This document shows, piece after piece, positions 1 through 6,261 of a stretch of DNA of 25,901 bases (position 1 is its first letter; every line of letters starts with the position of its first letter). The notes under the pieces were generated by a model, which saw only the letters and a program-made list of their open reading frames with translations, was not told the origin of the DNA and searched no databases. The position numbers and the translations under genes are program-made. Source of the DNA: a virus (Duplodnaviria; Caudoviricetes); IMG/VR virus record IMGVR_UViG_3300044849_000027, positions 1 to 25,901 of that record. One strand, given 5' to 3'.

Positions 1-2
1 TG

Positions 3-350
3 CTAGACTCGCTCCGGTGAAACCTTCAAAGCCGGGCACTTACCTCGTCCTAGCACCCCTGCTAGCTCACCCCCTAGCGTCCAGCTAGCTCCGAGCTGGA
101 CGCATACGATGGGGGGCAGCTTGGCCAGAAACGCCCTCGCATGATCGGCTCGGCCTCGCTTCGTGAGCGACAGGATGTCGCGCTTCGAAAGCGGAATCGG
201 CTGCCCGTGTGAGCCTGCACGCTGGCGGGTCATGCCCCGCTGCCAGGCGAGCCGCAGGGCGCGCACCACGAAGGCCAGGATCTCGTCGGGCAGGTCGGCG
301 TCGACGAGCTCGGCTGGCACCCTGACGAACTCGGGGCGGTTCTGCTTCAT
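3..350 (-). CDS. Hypothetical protein downstream of cro; possible replication/replisome-organiser-type protein
   Basis: ATG at 350 overlaps the cro stop (ATGA). Protein MKQNRPEFVRVPAELVDADL... (115 aa). The position after cro and the CTAG/GCTAG cluster in its 3' part resemble replication genes. Function is inferred only. Confidence 0.5.
   Translation of the reverse strand: MKQNRPEFVRVPAELVDADLPDEILAFVVRALRLAWQRGMTRQRAGSHGQPIPLSKRDILSLTKRGRADHARAFLAKLPPIVCVQLGASWTLGGELAGVLGRGKCPALKVSPERV
50..92. repeat. Cluster of CTAGC motifs, iteron-like
   Basis: TAGC at 51, 63, 76 and 86 (10-13 nt spacing), plus CTAG at 3-6. CTAG appears rare elsewhere in the window. Confidence 0.35.
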
Positions 351-577
351 GCGGCGGCCCTCAGGATGGACAGGGCCTCGCGGCTCTTCTGCGAGATCGG
401 CAGGGTCTCGGCCAGCACCTGGCCGTCGGTCACCTGCTGGACCTTGAGCGCCAGGTGCAGGGAGATCGAGACCTTGCCGGCAGCGATTCGGGACACGGTG
501 GCCTGTTCGCAGCCCACGGCCTGCGCGAGCTGCTCTTGAGTCCACCCCTGTGTGCGGAGCCAGTCGGATAGCGTCAT
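347..577 (-). CDS. cro: Cro-like XRE helix-turn-helix regulator
   Basis: MTLSDWLRTQGWTQEQLAQAVGCEQATVSRIAAG...LALKVQQVTDGQV is a typical Cro/YdaS-like HTH. It is divergent from the repressor-like gene. ATG 577 is preferred over TTG 613, which falls in a -35 box. Confidence 0.85.
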   Translation of the reverse strand: MTLSDWLRTQGWTQEQLAQAVGCEQATVSRIAAGKVSISLHLALKVQQVTDGQVLAETLPISQKSREALSILRAAA

Positions 578-584
578 GCCATAC

Positions 585-613
585 CGAATAGACCGCACGT
601 CCTGATCCGTCAA
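585..613 (-). promoter_or_regulatory. PR-like promoter for cro (probably leaderless)
   Basis: TTGACG (613-608), 17 nt, TATTCG (590-585), then 7 nt to ATG 577. No Shine-Dalgarno. The -10 is imperfect. Confidence 0.5.
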
Positions 614-638
614 GCTGGATCAGTCCGCACGTTCTGCT
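591..638. promoter_or_regulatory. Putative operator region between cro and cI
   Basis: Direct repeat GACCGCACGTCCTGAT (591-606) and GTCCGCACGTTCTGCT (623-638). Inverted repeat CTGATCC-N8-GGATCAG (602-623) straddles the -35. Confidence 0.6.
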
Positions 639-667
639 AGATGGCCACCCTCGGGGCGGAATACCAT
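638..667 (+). promoter_or_regulatory. PRM-like promoter for the repressor (probably leaderless)
   Basis: TAGATG (638-643), 18 nt, TACCAT (662-667), 6 nt, ATG 674. The geometry resembles lambda PRM. Confidence 0.4.
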
Positions 668-673
668 AGGGCA

Positions 674-1177
674 ATGCCCCACACGCACGAGTCGCAGTTC
701 CGGCAGTGGATCGAGTCGCTGGCGCCCCCAGGTCGTGGCCAGGGCACGCGAATTGCCCAGCTGACGGGGCTCACTCAGAGCTACGTGTCCCGCATCCTCC
801 GAGGCAAGGTGAAGGGGAACCCTCGCACCGAAACGATCCGCGACGTGGCTGCGTTCATGGGCCGGGATTACGACGAGCTCCTGATCGAGATCTACCAGGA
901 GCCTCCGGCCACGGGGCGCCTCGTGGTGCCCATCGACGAGCGCGCCGAGCGTGAGCTGCTCCGGGTCATGCGCGATCACCCGGGGTTCGCGCGGGCGACG
1001 CTCGACCGATACCGCCGCGCGAAGTCGAAGGGCCTGCTCCAGGTGATCGACGAGGTGGCCGATCTGATCCTCGAGAAGGGGCTGCGCGACTCCTACGTAG
1101 AGATCGGCCGCGCCTTGGAGCGCGCCGAGATCCGCAAGGCGCGCCGGCAGACCCGCCCGAAGCGCCGCCACTCGTAG
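674..1177 (+). CDS. CI-like XRE-family repressor without an S24 peptidase domain
   Basis: N-terminal HTH RIAQLTGLTQSYVSRILRGKVKGNPRTETIRDVAAFMG, divergent from cro. Alternative start at 641. Confidence 0.8.
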   Translation: MPHTHESQFRQWIESLAPPGRGQGTRIAQLTGLTQSYVSRILRGKVKGNPRTETIRDVAAFMGRDYDELLIEIYQEPPATGRLVVPIDERAERELLRVMRDHPGFARATLDRYRRAKSKGLLQVIDEVADLILEKGLRDSYVEIGRALERAEIRKARRQTRPKRRHS

Positions 1178-1212
1178 CCGAAACCGAAGTAGACCATCCT
1201 GCACGATTCCCC

Positions 1213-1249
1213 TTGCCGCCGAGTATACCGTGCGGCATAGTGCCTATGC
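1213..1249 (+). promoter_or_regulatory. PL-like sigma70 promoter of the early operon with operator-like sites
   Basis: TTGCCG (1213-1218), 17 nt, CATAGT (1236-1241). The spacer carries CGTGCGG, the same core as the cro/cI repeats. Palindrome GCATAG-tgc-CTATGC (1235-1249). Confidence 0.6.
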
Positions 1250-1273
1250 GATTCCGCATGATGGGGGGGAGAG

Positions 1274-1549
1274 ATGGCCCGAATCTGTCACACCACGGTG
1301 GTACGGCGGCGACCGGAGGAGATCCACAGGGCGGCCTTCGCTGCGGTGCTCGAGGTGGAGCAGCGAGAGCGCATCGCACGCATCCGGCGCCAGCTCGCGA
1401 AGGATGTCCGCGTGGAGAGGTTCCGGCGCCGCTCGGGAATCTGGCAGACGGCCGGCGAGGCGCTGCTCGTGCTCTCGTGCGTGGTCGTCGCCGGCCTGGT
1501 CTTCTGGGCCGCGTTCCGGTTCCTGCTGACGTGGATGGTCAGCCAGTGA
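1274..1549 (+). CDS. Small membrane protein with a C-terminal transmembrane segment
   Basis: G-rich RBS (GGGGGGGAGAG). Hydrophobic stretch ALLVLSCVVVAGLVFWAAFRFLLTWMV. First gene after the promoter. Confidence 0.7.
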   Translation: MARICHTTVVRRRPEEIHRAAFAAVLEVEQRERIARIRRQLAKDVRVERFRRRSGIWQTAGEALLVLSCVVVAGLVFWAAFRFLLTWMVSQ

Positions 1550-1866
1550 GCCCGGCCGAGATGGTGCTCGAGCTCGAGCGGCGCCGGCGAAAGATCGACG
1601 AGCTCCAGGCGCGCCTCGCGAACCAGGCCGACACGATCCGAAACGAGCGGCTGTGTGATGCGATCGAATGGTGCGCGCGTCAGGTCTGGGATGGCTGCGA
1701 CATCGACGGCGGCAGCTTCTCTGACGAGATGGTGGATCGCGGCCTGTTGGTAGAGGTGCCGGCCGACGAGGCGTTTCGCGAAGAGTGGGGCGACGAAGTC
1801 AAGACGATGCTCACGCTGTCATGGTTTCCGCCCGCCCTCGCAGCGGGCGACGAGGGGGGCGAGTGA
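1546..1866 (+). CDS. Hypothetical phage protein
   Basis: GTG 1546 overlaps the previous stop (GTGA). VSPAEMVLELERRRRKIDELQARL is coiled-coil-like, followed by WDGCDIDGG. Confidence 0.7.
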   Translation: MSPAEMVLELERRRRKIDELQARLANQADTIRNERLCDAIEWCARQVWDGCDIDGGSFSDEMVDRGLLVEVPADEAFREEWGDEVKTMLTLSWFPPALAAGDEGGE

Positions 1867-2174
1867 ATGGCCTACTTCTCGAACGGCACCGAAGGTACGA
1901 GCTTCGAGATCGCCGAGTGCGAAGGCTGCTGGTTTCAGGAGCGAGACGAGAGCATCACGGGCTACTCGGGATGCCCGATCGTCGGCGCGCACATGGCCCA
2001 CAACGGCACCCAATGCAAGGACGGGCAGGCACCGTTACGCGAGGTGCTGAGCATGTTGATCGACCAGGGCCGACCGTTGGGCCAGCAATGCTCGATGCGC
2101 CTCGAACGCGCCGACGTGAAGGGGCAGACTGATCCGGGCCAGCGCGACTTGTTTGAGGGGGGCGAGTAGATGGC
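1852..2174 (+). repeat. Gene-boundary direct repeat A, 2 copies
   Basis: GAGGGGGGCGAGTGAATGGC (1852-1871) and GAGGGGGGCGAGTAGATGGC (2155-2174). Each contains an RBS, a stop and a start. Confidence 0.85.
1867..2169 (+). CDS. Cys-rich hypothetical phage protein
   Basis: MAYFSNGTEG...CEGC...GCPI...H...QC...C, with a good RBS. Possible metal binder. Confidence 0.75.
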   Translation: MAYFSNGTEGTSFEIAECEGCWFQERDESITGYSGCPIVGAHMAHNGTQCKDGQAPLREVLSMLIDQGRPLGQQCSMRLERADVKGQTDPGQRDLFEGGE

Positions 2175-2352
2175 GAAGAACAACGCGGACACATGGGTCA
2201 GCCGCTTGTCGAGGGCATACGCCGCCTTCGACGAGATGGGCTCGCAGCGTGAGCAGCGTGCTGCATTGCAATGGCTCTCGGACCGCCTCGAGTGGGAGTG
2301 GTTTCACCAGCTGAAGCCGCCGATTCCGCCGGAGCTGCCCGATGCCGACTAA
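2170..2352 (+). CDS. Hypothetical protein (60 aa)
   Basis: RBS lies within repeat A. Abuts the previous stop and ends ELPDAD. Confidence 0.65.
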   Translation: MAKNNADTWVSRLSRAYAAFDEMGSQREQRAALQWLSDRLEWEWFHQLKPPIPPELPDAD

Positions 2353-2533
2353 CCCCGCCACCCGCCACGACTCGCGGTGTCGCTGCGCGGCCTGCAAGGC
2401 GAGCGAATGCACGCACACCGAGCCCGCAGTCGAGTACGAGAGCGGCTACATCGAGTGTCTTGGCTGCGGTGCCGACCTGCGGACGTTGGCGTATCTGCCG
2501 CAGCCGCAGAGGGAGCTGCCCGATGCCGACTGA
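2342..2533 (+). CDS. Small Cys-rich (zinc-finger-like) protein
   Basis: H..CRCAAC....CTH...CLGC with a GGAG RBS. Starts MPT and ends ELPDAD. Confidence 0.7.
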   Translation: MPTNPATRHDSRCRCAACKASECTHTEPAVEYESGYIECLGCGADLRTLAYLPQPQRELPDAD

Positions 2534-2831
2534 AATCAAGGTCTACGAGATCAGCGACGCCGAGACGTTGCGCGAGCTGGCCGGCGCCGCCAAACGCACG
2601 CACGACACGGCGATGATCGCGCTGCGTGATGTGCTCACACCTGATCGGTGCGCGCTCGTTCGCCGTCTCCGCTGCGAGGACGGCTACACATGGCGCGCCG
2701 TCGCGGAGGAGTGCCACGAGGCGTGGCGGGCGTCGTGGTCGCCGCCCAGCAACCAACTTTGGGGCATGGCGTTGTGCGCGCTCGCAGCGGAGCACTTCGG
2801 AGAGTCTCCAGGGGATGAGCCGTGGAACTGA
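2523..2831 (+). CDS. Hypothetical phage protein (102 aa)
   Basis: GGGAG RBS and ATG 2523. MPTEIKVYEIS...YTWRAVAEEC...SNQLWGMALC...EPWN. Confidence 0.7.
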   Translation: MPTEIKVYEISDAETLRELAGAAKRTHDTAMIALRDVLTPDRCALVRRLRCEDGYTWRAVAEECHEAWRASWSPPSNQLWGMALCALAAEHFGESPGDEPWN

Positions 2832-2944
2832 GCATTTCTGCGCTCAGGCTTGAGATCGACGACACAGGACGCGCGCGCGTCCACGCCGAGATCGAGGGTG
2901 TCTGGTACTGCGTGATGCGCGAGGAGCACACCCTTGCCGACTGA
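2822..2944 (+). CDS. Small hypothetical protein (40 aa; absent from the ORF track)
   Basis: GTG 2822 with upstream GGGGATGAG. Reads MELSISALRLEIDDTGRARVHAEIEGVWYCVMREEHTLAD*, fills the gap and ends in repeat B copy 3. Confidence 0.55.
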   Translation: MELSISALRLEIDDTGRARVHAEIEGVWYCVMREEHTLAD

Positions 2945-3123
2945 CGCCCCCGAACTCGCAATCTACAGATGCCGGAATCACCCCGAAACGCTGTCCATCC
3001 ACCTAGACGACGGATTCGGCGGAGGCTCACGGTCGGACGGTCGCGCAGGCCGCTCTGCCGGGTACTGTCCTACCCCGTGGGTGCGGCAAGGTGTTCAAAT
3101 GCACCGACTGCCAGCCAGCATGA
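2934..3123 (+). pseudogene. Small gene, possibly frameshifted near 3078
   Basis: TTG start MPTDAPELAIYRC with a GAGGAG RBS. The in-frame ORF runs to 3185 through a promoter. Skipping one base at 3078 gives YCPTPGCGKVFKCTDCQPA* ending at 3123. Confidence 0.35.
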
Positions 3124-3157
3124 TATGTGAGAGAATCATTTTCCCATGGTTTTCCTA

Positions 3158-3186
3158 TTGCGCTATATCATACGAGCCGATATAGT
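3158..3186 (+). promoter_or_regulatory. Near-consensus sigma70 promoter with an overlapping palindromic operator
   Basis: TTGCGC (3158-3163), 17 nt, TATAGT (3181-3186), with an AT-rich upstream region. Inverted repeat CTATATC-N9-GATATAG (3163-3185). Confidence 0.75.
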
Positions 3187-3235
3187 GTGGGTGTCGCGAG
3201 GGAATGAGCCCAGAGGCGACGACAGGAGAGAGACG

Positions 3236-3592
3236 ATGGCCAGCTACTACATCGAGGGCAAGGCGCAGGGAGCGGTGATGGGAATCTACCAGGGGGCCGA
3301 CCCGGCTGAGGCTCTGGCATCAATGCACCGAGATGCCGGCTACGACGTGCGCGCCGAAGGCGGCTCCATGATCTTCGGCGACGATGAGACCCGGGAGCTG
3401 TGCGGCGATCTCGATGCGTGGCACGTCGCGCCGGTCGTCCATGGGTGGGATGCCATCGAGCTGGCCCGCGAGACCGGATGCGAGCTGCACCACTACACGA
3501 CCCCCATCGAGGAGGCGCGCGACGGGATCAGCATCGACGAGGCCGAGGAGATCGCGGCCGCGGACCCCGGACTGATCTGGGCGGTGGCCTGA
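3236..3592 (+). CDS. Acidic hypothetical phage protein (118 aa), apparently two small domains
   Basis: AGGAG RBS before ATG 3236. MASYYIEGKAQGAVMGIY...RDAGY followed by GWDAIELA...EEAR...EAEEIAAADPGLIW. Confidence 0.75.
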   Translation: MASYYIEGKAQGAVMGIYQGADPAEALASMHRDAGYDVRAEGGSMIFGDDETRELCGDLDAWHVAPVVHGWDAIELARETGCELHHYTTPIEEARDGISIDEAEEIAAADPGLIWAVA

Positions 3593-3813
3593 TGGCCCCC
3601 CGCGGCGGCCCCCGCCCCGGCGCCGGCCGTCCCCGTGGCGCGACCACGGCGGACGGCCACATGCGGACGGTGGCTATCACGCTCCCCGAGACGCTGCTGG
3701 CGCGCGTGGATGAGGCGGCCGAGGCCGAGGCCGACTCGCGGTCGGCGTGGATCAGGGACGCGCTGAGCGCGGCCCTCAGGCGTCGCAGCGAGGAGCCGGA
3801 GTCGATGGCGTGA
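3592..3813 (+). CDS. Ribbon-helix-helix (CopG-like) regulator with an N-terminal AT-hook-like motif
   Basis: TGATG coupling. RGGPRPGAGRPRG then MRTVAITLPETLLARVDEAA...SRSAWIRDAL, a strand-helix-helix RHH pattern. Confidence 0.8.
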   Translation: MAPRGGPRPGAGRPRGATTADGHMRTVAITLPETLLARVDEAAEAEADSRSAWIRDALSAALRRRSEEPESMA

Positions 3814-3823
3814 CGGTCACCTC

Positions 3824-3945
3824 ACGCACAGCCGCCCCTGACGGCGCACAGAAAGACGATTGACCACAATCCCGGCCGCTATCCCCCACACCGGCCGGAA
3901 TCGTGGACGCTACGGGCGTACGCACAGCCGCCCCGGACGGGGCGG
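3824..3945. repeat. 21-nt direct repeat; second copy forms a GC hairpin
   Basis: ACGCACAGCCGCCCCTGACGG (3824-3844) and ACGCACAGCCGCCCCGGACGG (3920-3940). Hairpin CCGCCCCG-GA-CGGGGCGG (3928-3945). Confidence 0.75.
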
Positions 3946-3958
3946 TGGAGGATGGGTG

Positions 3959-4141
3959 ATGGGTGCTGGTCAGTACGTCCTCTGCCCCAAGTGCGGGCTA
4001 CAGCTCGGGCAAGCCGCGCTCACGCGCCGCGGGTGGGTCCGGCACCTATGCCGAGGTAAGGTCAAACCGCCGCGCCCTACTCCCGCCGGCAAAGCCGCCC
4101 CGGCTCCCCGATCCGCATCAGCACCCACCCGAGGTCGCTGA
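3959..4141 (+). CDS. Small basic zinc-finger-like protein
   Basis: GGAGG RBS before ATG 3959. CPKC...HLC motif. Overlaps the 3' end of the convergent minus-strand gene. Confidence 0.5.
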   Translation: MGAGQYVLCPKCGLQLGQAALTRRGWVRHLCRGKVKPPRPTPAGKAAPAPRSASAPTRGR

Positions 4142-4868
4142 CGCCGATCGCCCCGTCATCCCCCGAGCACTCCTCCACCGGATCGCCCACCATCGTGCGC
4201 CACTCGCTCCACGGGCTCACCTGCGCCCCGCTGCGAGCGCGCACGCGCAGATCGTACTCAGGCCCCACCGCCGCCAGAGCGCGCCACACAACCCACTCCA
4301 CGCCGCCCAGAACGCCCTGAGACTGCGCCTCGATCCGCACCAGCCCGAGGCCACGCACCTCGGCCTCGATGGCGTCTCCGGGGCGGACGTGGACCGTGGC
4401 CCCGGGAGGGGCGACGAGATGCCCGAGCTCGGGACGGCGGGCTGAGTGCCGGATCGCCAGCAGCCCCACGCCGCCCACCATCACCCCCACCCCCACCGAA
4501 GGCTCGGGCACCGGCGAGGCCACGAGCACCCCGTGCCGCAGCTCGAGCGGCGAGCTCGGCGACGACTGAGCCGCCGGCTCGCCAGGCCGGGCGACCAGCA
4601 CGCCCCGCGCCACCGGCGCCGCGTCGCCCCGAATCCATCCCACGCCGAGCTCGGTGCCGTCGGCCCGCACGCTCCGGCCCGTGTGCAACAGCTCGAGCGG
4701 CTCGGCCTGGTCGTCGATCACGCGGAGCTCGCGCGTGGTCGGGGCGCCGGGATTCGGGTCGATCCACCGGACGCGCCAGAGCCGCTCGGTGCCCTCAGGC
4801 GTGGCGATCGCGGGCGCGGCGACGAGCACACCGGCCAGCAGCGCGGCGCACGCCGCGGCCCGCCTCAC
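4077..4868 (-). CDS. Exported protein with signal peptide, internal PEP-CTERM-like sorting motif and a C-terminal FN3-like/dockerin-like part
   Basis: GTG 4868 is coupled to the upstream stop (GTGA). Signal peptide MRRAAACAALLAGVLVAAPAIA. Motifs VPEPSVGVGVMVGGVGLLAIRHSARR, YDLRVRARSGAQVSPWSEW and DDGAIGVSDLGWVL. Confidence 0.7.
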   Translation of the reverse strand: MRRAAACAALLAGVLVAAPAIATPEGTERLWRVRWIDPNPGAPTTRELRVIDDQAEPLELLHTGRSVRADGTELGVGWIRGDAAPVARGVLVARPGEPAAQSSPSSPLELRHGVLVASPVPEPSVGVGVMVGGVGLLAIRHSARRPELGHLVAPPGATVHVRPGDAIEAEVRGLGLVRIEAQSQGVLGGVEWVVWRALAAVGPEYDLRVRARSGAQVSPWSEWRTMVGDPVEECSGDDGAIGVSDLGWVLMRIGEPGRLCRRE

Positions 4869-5311
4869 GCGGCCACCTGCCGGATCTCGAGCACCCACGC
4901 CGGGGGATTCGGGTCGTCGCGGTGCAGGGCGGCGCGCATGACCTCCATGGCCGTGCCCGAGTCGACCAGGCCGTGGGGCGTCGTGGCGAGGCCGGGCATT
5001 GCGCAGCCGCGCGAGTCCCGCAGCGAGTTGCCGAGGTGCCACTCGACAGACGTGCGCGCCGGCGCGACCTCGCGGCCCTGGTCGTCGATCACCGCCGGCA
5101 CGGCCACCCGCGAGCCCGGCACCCGCTCGACGACGAAGTGGGTGTGCCGCCCGGTCTGGTCTGGCCGCATGAAGTAGACCCCGGGCGGGATCGGGTCGTC
5201 TTCGAGCGTGTGCACCGAGCGCCCGCCCGGCAGGTAGAGCACGCCCCGCACCCCGGTCTGGAGCTGCGCCGTTCGGCAGAGCGTCAGGATCCCCGCGACC
5301 TCAATCCCCAC
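4865..5311 (-). CDS. DUF5675-like L,D-peptidase, probable endolysin
   Basis: GGAGG RBS before GTG 5311. Motifs G.LY, TLE, IPPGVY and WHLGN...DSRGC (His/Cys pair), then S..A. Located in the lysis cassette. Confidence 0.75.
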   Translation of the reverse strand: MGIEVAGILTLCRTAQLQTGVRGVLYLPGGRSVHTLEDDPIPPGVYFMRPDQTGRHTHFVVERVPGSRVAVPAVIDDQGREVAPARTSVEWHLGNSLRDSRGCAMPGLATTPHGLVDSGTAMEVMRAALHRDDPNPPAWVLEIRQVAA

Positions 5312-5555
5312 GGCGCACCTCCCCGAGCTCGGCGGGCCAGCAGTAGGCGATGAGCCGGCCGACCCACCGGGTCGCCGGCCGGTCGCCGAGCGACGCATAG
5401 TCGCGCGTCTCCTCCGCGCTCGGCTTCGGGCAATGGCGCTCAGACGGGACGCCCGAGACGCTCGAGCACGCGGCGCTGCTCGTCCATGTCAGGAGGAGCG
5501 AGAGCCAGAGCGTCGATCTCCTCGACCAGCGAGGCCACCTGGGATCGCAGCGCAT
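5301..5555 (-). CDS. Rz1: o-spanin (Rz1-like outer-membrane lipoprotein)
   Basis: Basic N-terminus, hydrophobic LWLSLLLTW, lipobox-like SAAC, periplasmic CPKP and a further Cys. Overlaps the i-spanin in another frame. Confidence 0.7.
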   Translation of the reverse strand: MRCDPRWPRWSRRSTLWLSLLLTWTSSAACSSVSGVPSERHCPKPSAEETRDYASLGDRPATRWVGRLIAYCWPAELGEVRRGD

Positions 5556-5673
5556 CGACGGTCACCTCCAGGGCGGCGGCGCGGCGCACGGCCCGCCGCC
5601 AGCCGACCAGCAGCCACACGATGGGCACCAGGGCCACGCCCCCGGTGACCAGCGAACCGATGACGGCGCTCAC
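5440..5673 (-). CDS. Rz: i-spanin (Rz-like)
   Basis: GTGA-coupled start at 5673. N-terminal TM (VTGGVALVPIVWLLVGW) followed by a coiled coil. Overlapped by the lipoprotein gene. Confidence 0.7.
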   Translation of the reverse strand: MSAVIGSLVTGGVALVPIVWLLVGWRRAVRRAAALEVTVDALRSQVASLVEEIDALALAPPDMDEQRRVLERLGRPV

Positions 5674-5885
5674 GCCTTTCCGGACGGATTCGAGGGCGAA
5701 GGCGGCACGTTCGGGTCGTTCGGGTCCGCCCAGCTCTTCACCTTCTGCAGCAGCTCGAGCGCCTGGTCGTCGAGCTTCGTGCTCGTGCGCGGCGCCACGC
5801 GCGTCAGCACGACCACGGCCACGGTCACGAGGATTCCCCCGATGAAGGTCGCCCACCCGATCAGCTCGCTCGGCATTTCGTCCAT
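5670..5885 (-). CDS. Holin-like small membrane protein
   Basis: 71 aa with one TM (WATFIGGILVTVAVVVLT), a TSTKLDD motif and a hydrophilic tail. Possible dual start M1/M4. Confidence 0.6.
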   Translation of the reverse strand: MDEMPSELIGWATFIGGILVTVAVVVLTRVAPRTSTKLDDQALELLQKVKSWADPNDPNVPPSPSNPSGKA

Positions 5886-5886
5886 G

Positions 5887-6249
5887 TCACCCCCCGTCGC
5901 CCTCGTCGGGCGTGCTTCGGGCCGTGAGGCCCTGTTGTTTCGCCTCGAGCGCGAGCAGCCGCTCGGCCATGTGCTGCACTCCGAGCACCTGCATCTGCAC
6001 CGTCTCGAGCATCTGCACCACGGCGTCGTCGACCCGCTCCGAGGCCGCGATCCGCACGTCCACGCCGTCCAGGTCGATCCGGTGACGCGCGCGGATCTCG
6101 GTCACGTCCTGGTCGTGCCGCTCTGCTACGTGGGCGGCGCGCTCTTCGACGTCTGAGAGGCGGACGGGGATCGCTGCGGCCGCCGCGATGGCGCCGAGCA
6201 CGGCGGCGGTCACGAGCCCCACGAGCACGTTCGAGCGCAGTCCCCCCAT
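5887..6249 (-). CDS. Membrane protein with N-terminal TM and coiled coil (lysis accessory or holin-like)
   Basis: VLVGLVTAAVLGAIAAAAAIPV then a heptad-like region. G9 RBS. First gene of the lysis cluster. Confidence 0.6.
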   Translation of the reverse strand: MGGLRSNVLVGLVTAAVLGAIAAAAAIPVRLSDVEERAAHVAERHDQDVTEIRARHRIDLDGVDVRIAASERVDDAVVQMLETVQMQVLGVQHMAERLLALEAKQQGLTARSTPDEGDGG

Positions 6250-6261
6250 GGTCCCCCCCCC

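Larger units (their letters stand above)
2331..2944 (+). repeat. Gene-boundary direct repeat B, 2 perfect copies and 1 degenerate copy
   Basis: GGAGCTGCCCGATGCCGACT at 2331-2350 and 2512-2531. GGAGCACACCCTTGCCGACTGA at 2923-2944. Confidence 0.85.

Noticed and set aside
3030-3130. tRNA or ncRNA (contains GTTCAAAT)
   Set aside because: A T-loop-like word is present, but no cloverleaf stems could be built.
1852-3945. CRISPR array interpretation of the short direct repeats
   Set aside because: Only 2-3 copies each, and the intervening segments are 75-390 nt long and mostly coding. No cas genes.
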